A stretch of 64,000 bases of DNA, taken from the NCBI GenBank assembly GCA_041662625.1, contig JBAZSB010000001.1, forward strand, positions 471,093 to 535,092, read 5' to 3'. The notes under the pieces are model-generated. The model was not told the origin of the DNA and ran no database searches. It worked only from the letters and a program-made list of their open reading frames with translations. A program made the translations under genes and the position numbers. This stretch comes from Patescibacteria group bacterium. GTDB taxonomy: Bacteria > Patescibacteriota > Patescibacteriia > Buchananbacterales > UBA6539. Below, in pieces: positions 38,634-48,896 of this stretch (within the stretch, counting starts at the first letter, position 1; each line of letters begins with the position of its first letter).

Positions 38634-39389
38634 TTAATAGCTGTTATTAATCAGGGAGATGAATTCTTCAGTATTTAAACTGGCGCCGCCGACCAGTACG
38701 CCGGAGGTATTTTCTAAATTAACGAAAGCCGAAACATTACTGTGATCAACACTACCGCCATAAACGATTCTAAAATTATTCCTCACTAGATCAGGAGGGA
38801 AAATATCAAATAAAGTCTGCCTGATCACTTGGTGAGCTGAGCCCGCCTCCGCCGGACTGATTGCCTGGCCAGTGCCAATGACCCAAACCGGCTCATAAGC
38901 GATAATTATTTCTTTTTTACCGATATCAATTCCTTCAAAGGCACGGGTAGTTTGTCTGATCAAGACATAATCTTGAGCCCCCTGCTGCCGCTGCTCAAAA
39001 GTTTCTCCCACACAAACAATCGGTGTTAAGCCAGAAGCCAAAGCTATCCGGATTTTTCGATGGACGATTTCATCGGTTTCCTGCAAATATTTCCGCCGTT
39101 CTGAATGGCCTAAAATTACAAAATCGCAGCCGGTTTCCCGCAATTGGCCCGCGGAAACTTCACCGGTATAGGCGCCTTCGGCTTCCCAAAAACAGTCCTG
39201 AGCCCCTAATTTAATGTTGCTGCCTTTCAAAATTTTACCAACTTCTAAAAGACAAGGAAAAGAAGGGCAAATTACGACTTCTGAGTCTTTGGCAACTTTT
39301 TTCTTGATTGCCCCGGCTAACTCCTGACTTTGCGCCAGACCGAGTTTCATTTTCCAATTGGCAATAATAATTGGCTTTTTTGTGTCCAT
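38634..39389 (-). CDS. tpiA: Triosephosphate isomerase
   Basis: ANWKM, GAYTGEVS, GHSERR, AYEPVW, YGGSV, VGGAS. Confidence 0.97.
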   Translation of the reverse strand: MDTKKPIIIANWKMKLGLAQSQELAGAIKKKVAKDSEVVICPSFPCLLEVGKILKGSNIKLGAQDCFWEAEGAYTGEVSAGQLRETGCDFVILGHSERRKYLQETDEIVHRKIRIALASGLTPIVCVGETFEQRQQGAQDYVLIRQTTRAFEGIDIGKKEIIIAYEPVWVIGTGQAISPAEAGSAHQVIRQTLFDIFPPDLVRNNFRIVYGGSVDHSNVSAFVNLENTSGVLVGGASLNTEEFISLINNSY

Positions 39390-39492
39390 ATTTAGCTATT
39401 TTAATAAAAATTTCGAATATTTAATGCCATCTTATTATACAACATCTGTAGTATTTTTCAATTCTTAGTTACAAATTATAATTTTGAAATTC

Positions 39493-39545
39493 GACCATTC
39501 GACTCCGCTCAGGTCGCCTCGAGCAAGCGAAGCGAGTCGAGAGGC
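39493..39545. repeat. Double-hairpin insert within a heptamer tract
   Basis: GACC-ATTCGACTCCGCTCA-GGTC + GCCTC-GAGC..GTCGA-GAGGC splitting C|GAAATT. Confidence 0.65.
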
Positions 39546-39556
39546 GAAATTAAAAA

Positions 39557-40465
39557 TTATTCCGGCCAGCTGTAATTCCTAAACACCCATTCCACTAATC
39601 CTTTGGCTTCCTGCCAGCGGTCATCAATCGTTTCTGAGCCAAGCAATACTAAAGTTAAACTGGGCCCAGAAATTTTTTGGACTCGCAGCAATAAACAATA
39701 ACCCGCTTCATCCAAATAGCCGGTCTTGGCACCAAGCACTTGGTAATTTGGACCATTCAAAAAGCTATCAAGCAGCCGATCAGTACTAAAAACTTTAACT
39801 TGTCGTTGATTATTGATTACTTGAAATTTATAAATTTCAGTGGTAAGGGCTTGAGTAATTTCTGGTTTAGCGAAAGCCGCTTGAGCTAATTTAAGCAAAT
39901 CAGCCGGACTGGAAACGTTAAGTGGATCAATCCCGCTGGGCTCAAGAAAATAGCTGTTGGTCATTCCCAGTTCTTTTGCCTTTTTATTCATGGCAGCATT
40001 AAATTCAGTAATTCCGGAATTCCGGGCTAAAGCCACAGCAGCTTCATTGGCCGAACCAATCAACATTAAATAAAATAAATCTTTAACCGTTGCCTCTTCC
40101 CCCGACATTAGATAAATCATTCCCCCTTCCCGCTTATCTCCCGGACTGATTTTAACGACTTGCTCCCAATCAGGTTTAGTATCCAAAATGACTAAGGCAG
40201 TCATTAGTTTGGTGATACTGGCAATCGGCGTTATAGCTAACGAGTTTTTATTATAAAGAACAGAACCAGAGTTGTCGTCAACGATCAAAATACTTTTGGC
40301 GGTAGTTTTAAGACCAAAGCTTTCATTAACCAGCCTTTGGGGTGAACCGGCTTGGCCAACATTTGGTTGACGATAAGAATAATCAACCGCTTTATCGGTT
40401 AAAAAGTTAAAGCCAGCAGGGATTAAGAGGCTGGCCAAAATTAGGCTGGTAAGAAAATTTAACAT
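39557..40465 (-). CDS. D-alanyl-D-alanine carboxy/endopeptidase (S11)
   Basis: ASITK (SxxK), SAN, KTG motifs. Confidence 0.9.
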   Translation of the reverse strand: MLNFLTSLILASLLIPAGFNFLTDKAVDYSYRQPNVGQAGSPQRLVNESFGLKTTAKSILIVDDNSGSVLYNKNSLAITPIASITKLMTALVILDTKPDWEQVVKISPGDKREGGMIYLMSGEEATVKDLFYLMLIGSANEAAVALARNSGITEFNAAMNKKAKELGMTNSYFLEPSGIDPLNVSSPADLLKLAQAAFAKPEITQALTTEIYKFQVINNQRQVKVFSTDRLLDSFLNGPNYQVLGAKTGYLDEAGYCLLLRVQKISGPSLTLVLLGSETIDDRWQEAKGLVEWVFRNYSWPE

Positions 40466-40486
40466 ATTTTAAGAAATCAGATGTCT

Positions 40487-41056
40487 CTATTTACTGCTAT
40501 CTGATTTCTGTTCACTGTTTTCTGGACTTAAGATCTTTTCCAGACTTTCACTGGAGTTAAGCTTATCATAATCGGGCAATTCTTGAGGCTGATTAATGCC
40601 TAAAAATTTCAAAAAGTCAAAAGTAATGTTATAAACTGTCTGCATCTTTTTTCGATCTTCCCGGCTTTCAACTAATCCCCTAATTAAAAGATGGCGTAAA
40701 ATAATGGCGCAATTCACGCCGCGGATTTGTTCCAGCTCGGCCCGGCTCACCGGCCCCCGATAAGCAACAATGGTCAAAGTCTCCAAAGCCGCTCGGCTCA
40801 ATTCGCCAGTTGTCTCTTCCTTAATAAAATCTTTGACTAACTTCGAATTATCCGGATGAGTGACCAATTGAACCTTATCGCCAATTTTTTGCACCTGAAT
40901 TCCTTTGTCAGCTTGATTGTAATCGGCCATTAATTCGTTAATAGCCGTCTCCACTTTATCTTTTTCGGATTTAGTCAAATCAGTCAAACGCTTAACAGAA
41001 AAAGGCTGGTTAGAAATGAAAAGCAGACTTTCAATTTTTGCTTTTAGACTTGCCAT
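40487..41056 (-). CDS. scpB: SMC-Scp complex subunit ScpB
   Basis: IESLLF, LSRAALETLTIVAYRGPVSRAELEQIRGVN. Confidence 0.95.
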   Translation of the reverse strand: MASLKAKIESLLFISNQPFSVKRLTDLTKSEKDKVETAINELMADYNQADKGIQVQKIGDKVQLVTHPDNSKLVKDFIKEETTGELSRAALETLTIVAYRGPVSRAELEQIRGVNCAIILRHLLIRGLVESREDRKKMQTVYNITFDFLKFLGINQPQELPDYDKLNSSESLEKILSPENSEQKSDSSK

Positions 41057-41213
41057 AAGAAATAATAAAAATATGAATAATTATACTAAAATTTATAAGG
41101 ATTTTCAATAATCAAATCAATAAAAGAGTGTTAACATTGACTTTTTTTTAAAAATAATGTAATATATCTAGTCGAAATGGGATAGGCCCATAAAGACACC
41201 AAGGAGGAACACC

Positions 41214-41774
41214 ATGAGAAATCTGAGCGTAGTAATCGCCCTAGTCGCTGTCTTGTTGATCAGCACTGCCGCCCACGCGGCCCAGCAGGTCACCATTGAC
41301 CTCGACAAGCTGACTCCGGAAGCGGCGGCCGAACTGATGAAGCTCAAGAAGGCGGCGGAAAACCCGGAACCGGAGATGCCAACGGCGGAACAGTTGGAAA
41401 ACTACGTCGACCTCGGGGCAAAGATTGGCCAAGCCATCGCAGCCACGTGCAAAGAGCTGTCCGTAGAGGTCAACGAGTTCGTCAGAACGCCGGTTGGGAT
41501 GATCACCATGGGGTTGATCATCTGGAAGGTGGCAGGCACCGAAATCTGGGGTATCGTTGGCGGCACATCCGTCTGGGTAGTTATCACTCTTATTCTCATG
41601 TGGTCTTTCCACTACTTCCACATGAGCAAAAAGGTGAAAGGTAAAGAAGGCGACGAATGGGTCCGACGATATGAATTCAGCGACTGGACATATGAAGCCT
41701 GGTCGGCTGGCATCCACCTGGTATGTTGGGCGGCGATCACTATCACCTGCCTCGTCATCGTCTTCTACCACTAG
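41214..41774 (+). CDS. Orphan exported membrane protein (GC-rich cassette)
   Basis: AAGGAGG SD, TTGACT-17-TAATAT, signal peptide AHA|A, TM segments, terminator at about 41816-41852. Confidence 0.75.
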   Translation: MRNLSVVIALVAVLLISTAAHAAQQVTIDLDKLTPEAAAELMKLKKAAENPEPEMPTAEQLENYVDLGAKIGQAIAATCKELSVEVNEFVRTPVGMITMGLIIWKVAGTEIWGIVGGTSVWVVITLILMWSFHYFHMSKKVKGKEGDEWVRRYEFSDWTYEAWSAGIHLVCWAAITITCLVIVFYH

Positions 41775-41853
41775 CAACCAGCACCCCCACCCACCCGCGA
41801 TCTCATGAAATTGTCGGAGCCCGGAGTAGCATTGCTACCTGGGTTCCTTTTCT

Positions 41854-42897
41854 TTATTCTAATTTTCTCACTATTCCCCGATTAGCATCCACTTCCACTC
41901 GGTCACCATTTTTAAAAACCAATGTGGCAACTTTTGCTCCGACGATACAAGGAATTTTTAGTTCTCTGGCAACTACCGCCGCATGAGAATTCAAGCCACC
42001 AAAATCAGTAATCAGGGCTTTAACTTGCTTAAAATAAGGATAGTATTCCGGCACCGTTCTTGGCGAAACAATAATTTTCCCTTGATATTTCTTTTTGAAA
42101 TCAGCCAATTTTTTGATAATCAGGACATGCCCTTGAACCAAGCCGGGCTGAGCGCTTATTCCTTTCACCATCTTAAGACTTTTGGCCACTCGAATTTTTT
42201 TAAAACCTTCTTTTTTCAAAATACGGCGGGCCGCTTGACCGGTATAAATTACCGTTTTATCCTTGGTTGTTAACTCAACAAAAAATTTTTTCCGCCTGGC
42301 TAGCTCGCTTTTTGGCAACACAGAGCCTTTGAACAATTCATCAAACAAATAATAATCAAAGTTTTTGAATTTCTTAAATCTCTTTTTCAAATAAGGATAA
42401 ATTTTATTGTATTCCTGGTAACCCTTTTTTGATATCATCTCTCTTAATTCAGCATTTTGATTCAATAACTTTTGAATTAACTTTTGTTCTCTCTGACTGA
42501 AAGCAGGAAACTGCTGATATTTCTTCATCAGAAACTGCTCCAAAAAATAACTGTAAATCACGAAAGTACCCGCCTTTCGCCAAAGCTTTAACACCGAATC
42601 AATTGGCTGACCGTTTACTTTCCGGTATTTTTTCAGCAAACTAAAAAATTTTTTAAAGTGCCCGCCAATTAGTCCCTGGGAGTAATATTTTTTTATCCAG
42701 GCGGCATTTTCTTTGTCTTCTTTGCTACTGACAAAAACCCAGTTGCGATCCTTTTGGCCAATAATCAGTAAGCGGCTGACTTGCAAACTCGTTGTTTCGT
42801 CAAGATACAAATAGCATTGTTTTAAAAATTCTCTTTTGAGCAAAGAAGTCGGGCTATCAATGAAAAGCACCCATCTTCGGCTTTGGAATCGAGCCAT
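41854..42897 (-). CDS. PEP-utilizing enzyme mobile-domain protein
   Basis: C-terminal TDFGGLNSHAAVVARELKIPCIVG...VDANRG. Confidence 0.85.
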   Translation of the reverse strand: MARFQSRRWVLFIDSPTSLLKREFLKQCYLYLDETTSLQVSRLLIIGQKDRNWVFVSSKEDKENAAWIKKYYSQGLIGGHFKKFFSLLKKYRKVNGQPIDSVLKLWRKAGTFVIYSYFLEQFLMKKYQQFPAFSQREQKLIQKLLNQNAELREMISKKGYQEYNKIYPYLKKRFKKFKNFDYYLFDELFKGSVLPKSELARRKKFFVELTTKDKTVIYTGQAARRILKKEGFKKIRVAKSLKMVKGISAQPGLVQGHVLIIKKLADFKKKYQGKIIVSPRTVPEYYPYFKQVKALITDFGGLNSHAAVVARELKIPCIVGAKVATLVFKNGDRVEVDANRGIVRKLE

Positions 42898-42902
42898 ATA
42901 TT

Positions 42903-43607
42903 TTAAGGGAGTCTTTCAATTTCAATATCGTCAAAAATTTTGCTTTGCTTAACCACAATCGTTCTTTGTTTAATTAATTCCAAAAGCGCCAAAAAACTCA
43001 CGATCACTTCAGTTTTATCCTTGGCTTCTTTCAAAATATCAGAAAACCGGGTGCTGGCTTGCTGAAAAATTCGCTCCCGCAGCTGGGCAATTTTTTCCTG
43101 AATATTGATAGTTTTGCGAACAACTTCAGTTGGCAAATTCAAAAATGGATCAAGGCCAGAAATAATATCGGCAAACACTTCGCGCAATTTATCTTTAACC
43201 AATTTAGGCGGCGGGGCAAAACCAATCTCCTCGCTTGCCAAAAGTTTTTCCCGGGAAAAACCAAAATGCTTTTTAGAAATCATCCCTTGAATTACCTTCA
43301 TCGCTTCCAGGTATTCTTTGTAAATCTTCAACTGTTTGGTTAGTTCTTCGCCTTCCTCTTCCTCGCCCCATTCCAAAAACGGCAAAAGCGCCCTTGACTT
43401 GATTAAAAGTAAGCGCGCGGCCACCACTAAAAAATCCGCTAGATCGGTGGCTTGGATCTGATCTTTGGCTACCTGATTAAGAGTCTGAATATATTGTTCC
43501 GTCACCTGAGCCAAAGAGACTTGGGTAATTTCCAGCTTTTGTTCTTCAATCAGCTGTAAAAGTAAATCTAAGGGCCCTTCAAACTGGGCAACTTTAATTT
43601 TATGCAT
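42903..43607 (-). CDS. scpA: Segregation/condensation protein A
   Basis: FEGPLDLLLQLI, LLLIKSRALLP, SFLALLEL. Confidence 0.95.
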   Translation of the reverse strand: MHKIKVAQFEGPLDLLLQLIEEQKLEITQVSLAQVTEQYIQTLNQVAKDQIQATDLADFLVVAARLLLIKSRALLPFLEWGEEEEGEELTKQLKIYKEYLEAMKVIQGMISKKHFGFSREKLLASEEIGFAPPPKLVKDKLREVFADIISGLDPFLNLPTEVVRKTINIQEKIAQLRERIFQQASTRFSDILKEAKDKTEVIVSFLALLELIKQRTIVVKQSKIFDDIEIERLP

Positions 43608-43681
43608 AAATCCAGTAAATCCAGTAAACCAGTAAATCAAGCCGGCCAGCTAGCCCACTGGATTTACTGATCTATATTACT

Positions 43682-43987
43682 CTACTTAACTTCCTGCTTC
43701 TCTTCTGGGTGAAAAACTAAATCAATTTTGACTCCACCAACGAGGGGGGCTAACAAATTATACAAAAAACCAACAATCAACCCAAAAAGGGCACCAACTA
43801 AAAGACCAATCAAAGGAACGATTAAAAGCCAGATCAAAGAAAAAATACTCCCATAGTATCCGCTAAGACTAAAAGTTAATACGGCAAAAACAATACCAAA
43901 AATAAAAGGCAAAAGTGATATAACGGCACCCAGCAAAGCTGAAAAACGGATAAAACCGGTTAAATCAATTTTTTTAACTTCATACAT
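43682..43987 (-). CDS. Small membrane protein (DUF3566-like)
   Basis: VKKID..; FLYNLLAPLVGGVKI. Confidence 0.65.
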   Translation of the reverse strand: MYEVKKIDLTGFIRFSALLGAVISLLPFIFGIVFAVLTFSLSGYYGSIFSLIWLLIVPLIGLLVGALFGLIVGFLYNLLAPLVGGVKIDLVFHPEEKQEVK

Positions 43988-43989
43988 AA

Positions 43990-44580
43990 TTAAACTTCTC
44001 CCGTTTTATAGGCCATCTTTTTTTGGATAAAAAAGATTAAAGCCGAAAAAATTATGGCTAAAACGATCAAAATTATATAAACTGCGGCATTTTTATATTT
44101 CACTACCACAAAATAACCTGTTTCAACAATCAGATGTAAAATCATCCAAAAGGCAAAAGCGATATAACCACCAACCAAAACTCGATAAGGACTGTTTTCG
44201 TGCTTTAAATAAACCAAATAATAGAACAGAAAAGTCAGAAGAAATATCGGAATGATAAACGCCGAGTGGAGCAAAATTTTATAAAGCAGATAGTTATCCT
44301 TTTGTTCCTGCGGGTAATAAACCCGGGCCGGCGAAAGAGCTGATTTTTCAGAAGCATAGTTTTGGTAAACGCCACTATAGCTATAATCTGAAACACTGTC
44401 AGTTTTTTCAACCAGCGGATTAGCCACTTTGTTGATATCAAAGATTATCCGTTCTCCCAACAGGATCAAAACAATCGCTAAGATGATGGCTAAAACTACC
44501 GCCATCGCCGAAACGGCGTGTTTCTTTTTTGGTTTTGGCGCCGCCAAAGGGGCAGTCGCTTGCAGAATGTCCTGATTCAT
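43990..44580 (-). CDS. Membrane protein
   Basis: 4 TM. Confidence 0.7.
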   Translation of the reverse strand: MNQDILQATAPLAAPKPKKKHAVSAMAVVLAIILAIVLILLGERIIFDINKVANPLVEKTDSVSDYSYSGVYQNYASEKSALSPARVYYPQEQKDNYLLYKILLHSAFIIPIFLLTFLFYYLVYLKHENSPYRVLVGGYIAFAFWMILHLIVETGYFVVVKYKNAAVYIILIVLAIIFSALIFFIQKKMAYKTGEV

Positions 44581-44590
44581 AAATTTTTCA

Positions 44591-45721
44591 TTATTTTTTA
44601 AATGTTAAATAGATAATTATAACCAATAAGACTAGGGTTAAAACCCCGCCAATGGCTAAAGTCACGGCTAAAATTATTTTTGAATGCCTCACTGACTGGG
44701 GCGCATTGATGGTGTCGTCATTTCCCGCTTGCCGGAAAAATAAATCACTAGTCATTTCCGCCTGCCTCATTTGCCGCTGCAGTTTGGTTAAATAATATTT
44801 ATCCCCGCTGATTTTTTTCCAGGGATTACCCGAATCATCGTAGGCCAACTTTTCAATTTTATCTTTTTCCACCCAGCCGGCATAGAGAGTATTGAATTGG
44901 GGAAGTTCTTGTTTATGACCGGCAAAAACATAAAGTAAAATATTGACCTGATCGGGCGGATAAGGATAACGAGCAGTCTTTGATACTGGCGGCATTACTT
45001 GGACATTTGTTATCTGGTCGGGTGAAACTTGGATTGTTCCATCATACTGATTTGTTCCCTCGTATTGAACATTAGTCGAAGAAATCTTCAGCGGGTAAAC
45101 AATTTTATCCGTTGTAAAACTCAACTGCAAAGGAATAGCGTGACCGGTCCTAAACTGTTCATCCAAATTATTGGACAAATACTGAGCATCAACTTTAACG
45201 GCGGTAAAATACCAATCATCCTTGATATAATCATCCAAAATATAGGTGGCGTTGTCCGGAAATTTATAACCATGATCATTCAGCCACTGGTATAAATCAT
45301 TGGCATTAGTGGCGGCTAAGACCGTAACATCATAATAATCAATCTGCTTAGTTTCAATTACCGTCACTCCACTTTTTACCTGGCCGGTCGCCCCAAGCCC
45401 CAACTCCATGGGTCGGGCCTGATCATAATAATAGTTTACACTTGTCAATTCATCCAGGGCAGTAAATAATTCATCAGAAGATTTATTTACCTGAGGTCGA
45501 CTGGGCGTCGGAATAATCCAGGCAAAATCTTTGGCATTGCCGCGGAAAGTAATGGAGATAATCAAATCTTCAAGGTTATTTTCATAAAAAATAACCGCCT
45601 TTTGGTCGGTTTCAAACATGTAATAATTAGGTGGCGGAACAATCATCCCGTCAGCCAAAACCAAGCTGGGAACTAAAATCGTCAAAGCCAAAAAAAATAT
45701 TAATAACGCAATTTTTTTCAT
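44591..45721 (-). CDS. DUF2330-like exported protein
   Basis: ETDQKAVI, FAWIIPTP, YDVTVL, WLNDHGY, YPLKISS. Confidence 0.75.
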   Translation of the reverse strand: MKKIALLIFFLALTILVPSLVLADGMIVPPPNYYMFETDQKAVIFYENNLEDLIISITFRGNAKDFAWIIPTPSRPQVNKSSDELFTALDELTSVNYYYDQARPMELGLGATGQVKSGVTVIETKQIDYYDVTVLAATNANDLYQWLNDHGYKFPDNATYILDDYIKDDWYFTAVKVDAQYLSNNLDEQFRTGHAIPLQLSFTTDKIVYPLKISSTNVQYEGTNQYDGTIQVSPDQITNVQVMPPVSKTARYPYPPDQVNILLYVFAGHKQELPQFNTLYAGWVEKDKIEKLAYDDSGNPWKKISGDKYYLTKLQRQMRQAEMTSDLFFRQAGNDDTINAPQSVRHSKIILAVTLAIGGVLTLVLLVIIIYLTFKK

Positions 45722-45882
45722 AAAGAAATTATTAATTATTAAATTATTTTCTTTTTTTATTTTAACTTTCTACGTTTTATTTTATTAACTAAACTAACTA
45801 TTGACTGATTATTAAGCTAAGTGCTAAGATACTATACTGTTTTGGAAATGGACAAGGGTATTCCAAACAAAGGAGAAATGCC

Positions 45883-46185
45883 GTGGTAACGTTACAAAAA
45901 GTGTCAATGTATCGCTTGGTGATTGTGGACGGAATGCCAGTAATTGTTCCGGACCAAATCAATGACGCTCTTGATGCGGGGGCCACTGTCAAAGGGTTGG
46001 TCAAAATTGTTCCGGACCAAACCAATGACGCTCTTGATGCGGGGGCCACTGTCCAAGAGTTGGCCAAAGCCGAGCCCTGCCCGCACTGCCAGCGGGGCAC
46101 CAGCTTTCTCGTTCTCCTCCAAGGAGACGAAACGAGCCGCTCTGAGCATCGCTACTGCCTGAACTGTGGCGAAAAGACTGAATAA
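45883..46185 (+). CDS. Orphan zinc-ribbon protein with an internal 21-aa duplication
   Basis: AGGAG SD; CPHC..CLNC; repeat with 63-bp period. Confidence 0.6.
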   Translation: MVTLQKVSMYRLVIVDGMPVIVPDQINDALDAGATVKGLVKIVPDQTNDALDAGATVQELAKAEPCPHCQRGTSFLVLLQGDETSRSEHRYCLNCGEKTE

Positions 46186-46191
46186 GTCTGA

Positions 46192-46776
46192 CTATCTCCT
46201 CTTTGCTTTTGCTCTCTTACGACCTGACCGCTTGGTCGGTCTTTTTTTTGCTGCTTTTTTCGGTTTTTTCTTGGCCACTTTTTTCTTTGGCTTGGCCTGC
46301 AATTTATATCCGCCCGCCTTGGCAAAATTAGCTAACTTGGCTTGTTCCAAATCAATAAAATCTTTGGCTTTCATCCGGACTGAATCGGTGAAACTGCCGG
46401 CGGACAAAATTATGTCTTTAGTTTTCAACAAGCTTTTATCGACCCAGACTTCAACTTGGTGCAGCCCGCCAAAAGCCGTCATCGTTCCGGGCTTAACCTT
46501 AAAAATTTTCAGCATCACTTTTTCGTTAGGAATAGAAATCTTTTTAACTTTCAGGGCCTGCTTCAGCTTCTTTAAGTCAATTCTCATATGAGCCGGCACC
46601 ACCGCAATAATATAAGCTTTATCCGCAGCAATTAAAAGACTTTTAGCTATATCCTTAAGTTCCCGGCGCAAAGTTTGGGCCGCATCATAGGCGGTGTAAA
46701 CGGTTTTATGGGTCAGCTCATCATATTTAGCCATTTTTTTGTCTAAATACTTTTTGGTGTTTTTAGGGATAGACAT
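46192..46776 (-). CDS. YbaK/EbsC aminoacyl-tRNA deacylase family, Lys-rich tail
   Basis: H.TVYTAYDAA, IAKSLL, PG.M.AFG. Confidence 0.85.
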   Translation of the reverse strand: MSIPKNTKKYLDKKMAKYDELTHKTVYTAYDAAQTLRRELKDIAKSLLIAADKAYIIAVVPAHMRIDLKKLKQALKVKKISIPNEKVMLKIFKVKPGTMTAFGGLHQVEVWVDKSLLKTKDIILSAGSFTDSVRMKAKDFIDLEQAKLANFAKAGGYKLQAKPKKKVAKKKPKKAAKKRPTKRSGRKRAKAKRR

Positions 46777-46794
46777 AAAGTTAAATGTTAATTG

Positions 46795-47754
46795 TTAATT
46801 GTTGATCGCTTCCACCTGAGGTACAAACTCAGGTCCTGTCTTACTATTTAAAGAATCAATCACCATTGAATTAAAACACTGATAGCCAACCTGATGATAA
46901 GACCAATCTTTGTTCCCGCCATAGTAGCCATAATCCGACTCATTGGGGTCAACAGCTAAAGAAAAAGTGGCACAAAGCTCGTACTCTTTTTGCCCAAGCA
47001 CTCTGTAGTCATAGGCCTTTTTAGTTTGGGGATCCTTAAATTGGGAAAATTTGGCAGCCGATAAATCAAGGGGCAATTCTTTATTTTGCCAATAATAATC
47101 ACCAATCAGACCATCAATGTTGTACAAATCATTGATTCTTTGCTGATCGAGTTTGACCGCCCGGGCGTGGGCCGGCGAATCAACAACGGCAAAGCCGCCA
47201 ATTACTGCCGCTAAAGTGATAATAATAACAAGGCCAAATGAAATCTGAGAAGTCAGACTCCTTTTACTGAAATCTTTTCTGATTAAATCATAAAGGTAAT
47301 AGCCAAAGATACTGCCGGCGATTACTAAAATCACTAGGGTTTTCAAAATTACCGGTAAGGCATAATCGCCGTCCAAAAAACGGAAAAGCTGATAAATCAG
47401 CCGGCCAATAATGGTCAGGGCGGAAACAAAAAGCATTAAATAAGTCAGCCAGCGGTGAATCCCACTTTTATGATCGAGTTTACCAAGTTTGTAATTATGA
47501 TGAAGCCAAGCCGAAACCGCTAAAAATATTGGCGTTATAATCACGACCGAAGCAATGCCCACCTTAAGCGGACTTTGAGAAAATCGGGCCACGTAGTCGA
47601 TTGCTTTAGCGGGGACAAATTTATTAATCAGCTGAAATAAAATCATGCCTAAAGAAATTGCCAGCCAGCCAACAGTGGCCAAACTTAATAAATTCAAAAA
47701 AGCGTCCAAGGCTCCCTTGCCCTTGAGTTGATTGGATTTAGATGATTTTTTCAT
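46795..47754 (-). CDS. DUF5671-like membrane protein
   Basis: RWLTYL.LF, FLDG, D.QRINDL, DPQT...YELCATF. Confidence 0.75.
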   Translation of the reverse strand: MKKSSKSNQLKGKGALDAFLNLLSLATVGWLAISLGMILFQLINKFVPAKAIDYVARFSQSPLKVGIASVVIITPIFLAVSAWLHHNYKLGKLDHKSGIHRWLTYLMLFVSALTIIGRLIYQLFRFLDGDYALPVILKTLVILVIAGSIFGYYLYDLIRKDFSKRSLTSQISFGLVIIITLAAVIGGFAVVDSPAHARAVKLDQQRINDLYNIDGLIGDYYWQNKELPLDLSAAKFSQFKDPQTKKAYDYRVLGQKEYELCATFSLAVDPNESDYGYYGGNKDWSYHQVGYQCFNSMVIDSLNSKTGPEFVPQVEAINN

Positions 47755-47849
47755 ATTTTTTAATCAATTTTTAATTTTTAATTTCAAATTTTGATTCAAT
47801 ATTATAATATTCTAATGTCCAAAATTGATTCAAAATTAAAAATTCAAAA

Positions 47850-48155
47850 TTATTTATTCTTCAGGGGTAGTTTTTGCTGCACCCCTAATAACCGACGCGC
47901 AATTTTTGCTCCTTTCGGCGTCAATTTCACCTGCCTAATAAACCACTTGTGGGGTGTTTTCCAGCCGTAACCAATCACCAGTTCTTTTTTAATCAACCGT
48001 TCAACACTTTTAGTAATAGTATTAACCAAATCTTTTGGTTTAGGCTTAGCTTTCGAATTAGTATAAAATCTCTCCAGATTTGCCTTAGAAATTACCTTAT
48101 CTTTGGCTTGGACGCATTGTTTCAAGATATATTTTTGTAATGTGGACAGTTTCAT
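47850..48155 (-). CDS. Small basic winged-helix-like protein
   Basis: ITKSVERLIKKELVIGYG...VKLTPKG. Confidence 0.65.
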   Translation of the reverse strand: MKLSTLQKYILKQCVQAKDKVISKANLERFYTNSKAKPKPKDLVNTITKSVERLIKKELVIGYGWKTPHKWFIRQVKLTPKGAKIARRLLGVQQKLPLKNK

Positions 48156-48216
48156 AAATATGATACCAATCTACAAATATTCGTAGATTCGCATACATTC
48201 GTAGATTGGTATCATG

Positions 48217-48885
48217 TTATAAAAGCTTAAACTTATTAATCTCCAGATCAAATTTATAGCCTAAATATTTTGCCGCCACCCGACAGAAAGTCATTCTTTC
48301 AGTAAAAATTTCGAAGTACTCCAAAGGAGCGGAAAATTTGGTATCAAGTTTTAAACGCAGGACAATTAATTTTTTATCGGGCAGAACAATTAAATCATTA
48401 TCAACAATAGCGTAATTAACCCGGTCATGGATATCTTTGTGCGGATTACCACTTTTGGTTTTTTTCACCCTCGAGCGATGAACATCACTTTTATCGGCCA
48501 AAATCAAAATAGCTGTTACTTTATTGACAATTTTCAAATCATCTTTATCATGGCTGACAATAGCCTGAGCCACGGTGGAAACATCATTAGGATCATCAAC
48601 TTCATTTAAAAAAACTTGGGAAAACAACAAAGCCGACCAGTAATGGTGTTGATGGCGGCCTAAAAAATTCCCCATGTCATGGCAATAACCGGCTACCGCG
48701 GCAAGCTGCTGAATATTGGCCGACATTCCAATTTTTTTGGCAATGCTTTGCGCCCGGTCAGCCGCAATATTAATGTGGCGGAAACCATGGTCGGTGAAGC
48801 CTAGAGAATCTAAATAAATTTGTGTCTGCTGGACAAAATCCTTGATTTTGGGATTTTTTTTGACCAAATCTAAAGTAAGTTTCAT
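48217..48885 (-). CDS. HD-domain phosphohydrolase
   Basis: TDHGFRH, CHDMGN, SHD, ADKSDVHRSRV. Confidence 0.88.
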   Translation of the reverse strand: MKLTLDLVKKNPKIKDFVQQTQIYLDSLGFTDHGFRHINIAADRAQSIAKKIGMSANIQQLAAVAGYCHDMGNFLGRHQHHYWSALLFSQVFLNEVDDPNDVSTVAQAIVSHDKDDLKIVNKVTAILILADKSDVHRSRVKKTKSGNPHKDIHDRVNYAIVDNDLIVLPDKKLIVLRLKLDTKFSAPLEYFEIFTERMTFCRVAAKYLGYKFDLEINKFKLL

Positions 48886-48896
48886 ATTTATTTCAG

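Noticed and set aside
45942-46057. DGR template/variable repeat pair
   Set aside because: Adjacent in-frame tandem copies within one ORF and no RT; simple duplication is sufficient.
48160-48215. ncRNA at a 15-bp inverted repeat
   Set aside because: It fills a short intra-operon gap and is built from ATTCGTAG-like units; treated as another intergenic repeat hairpin.
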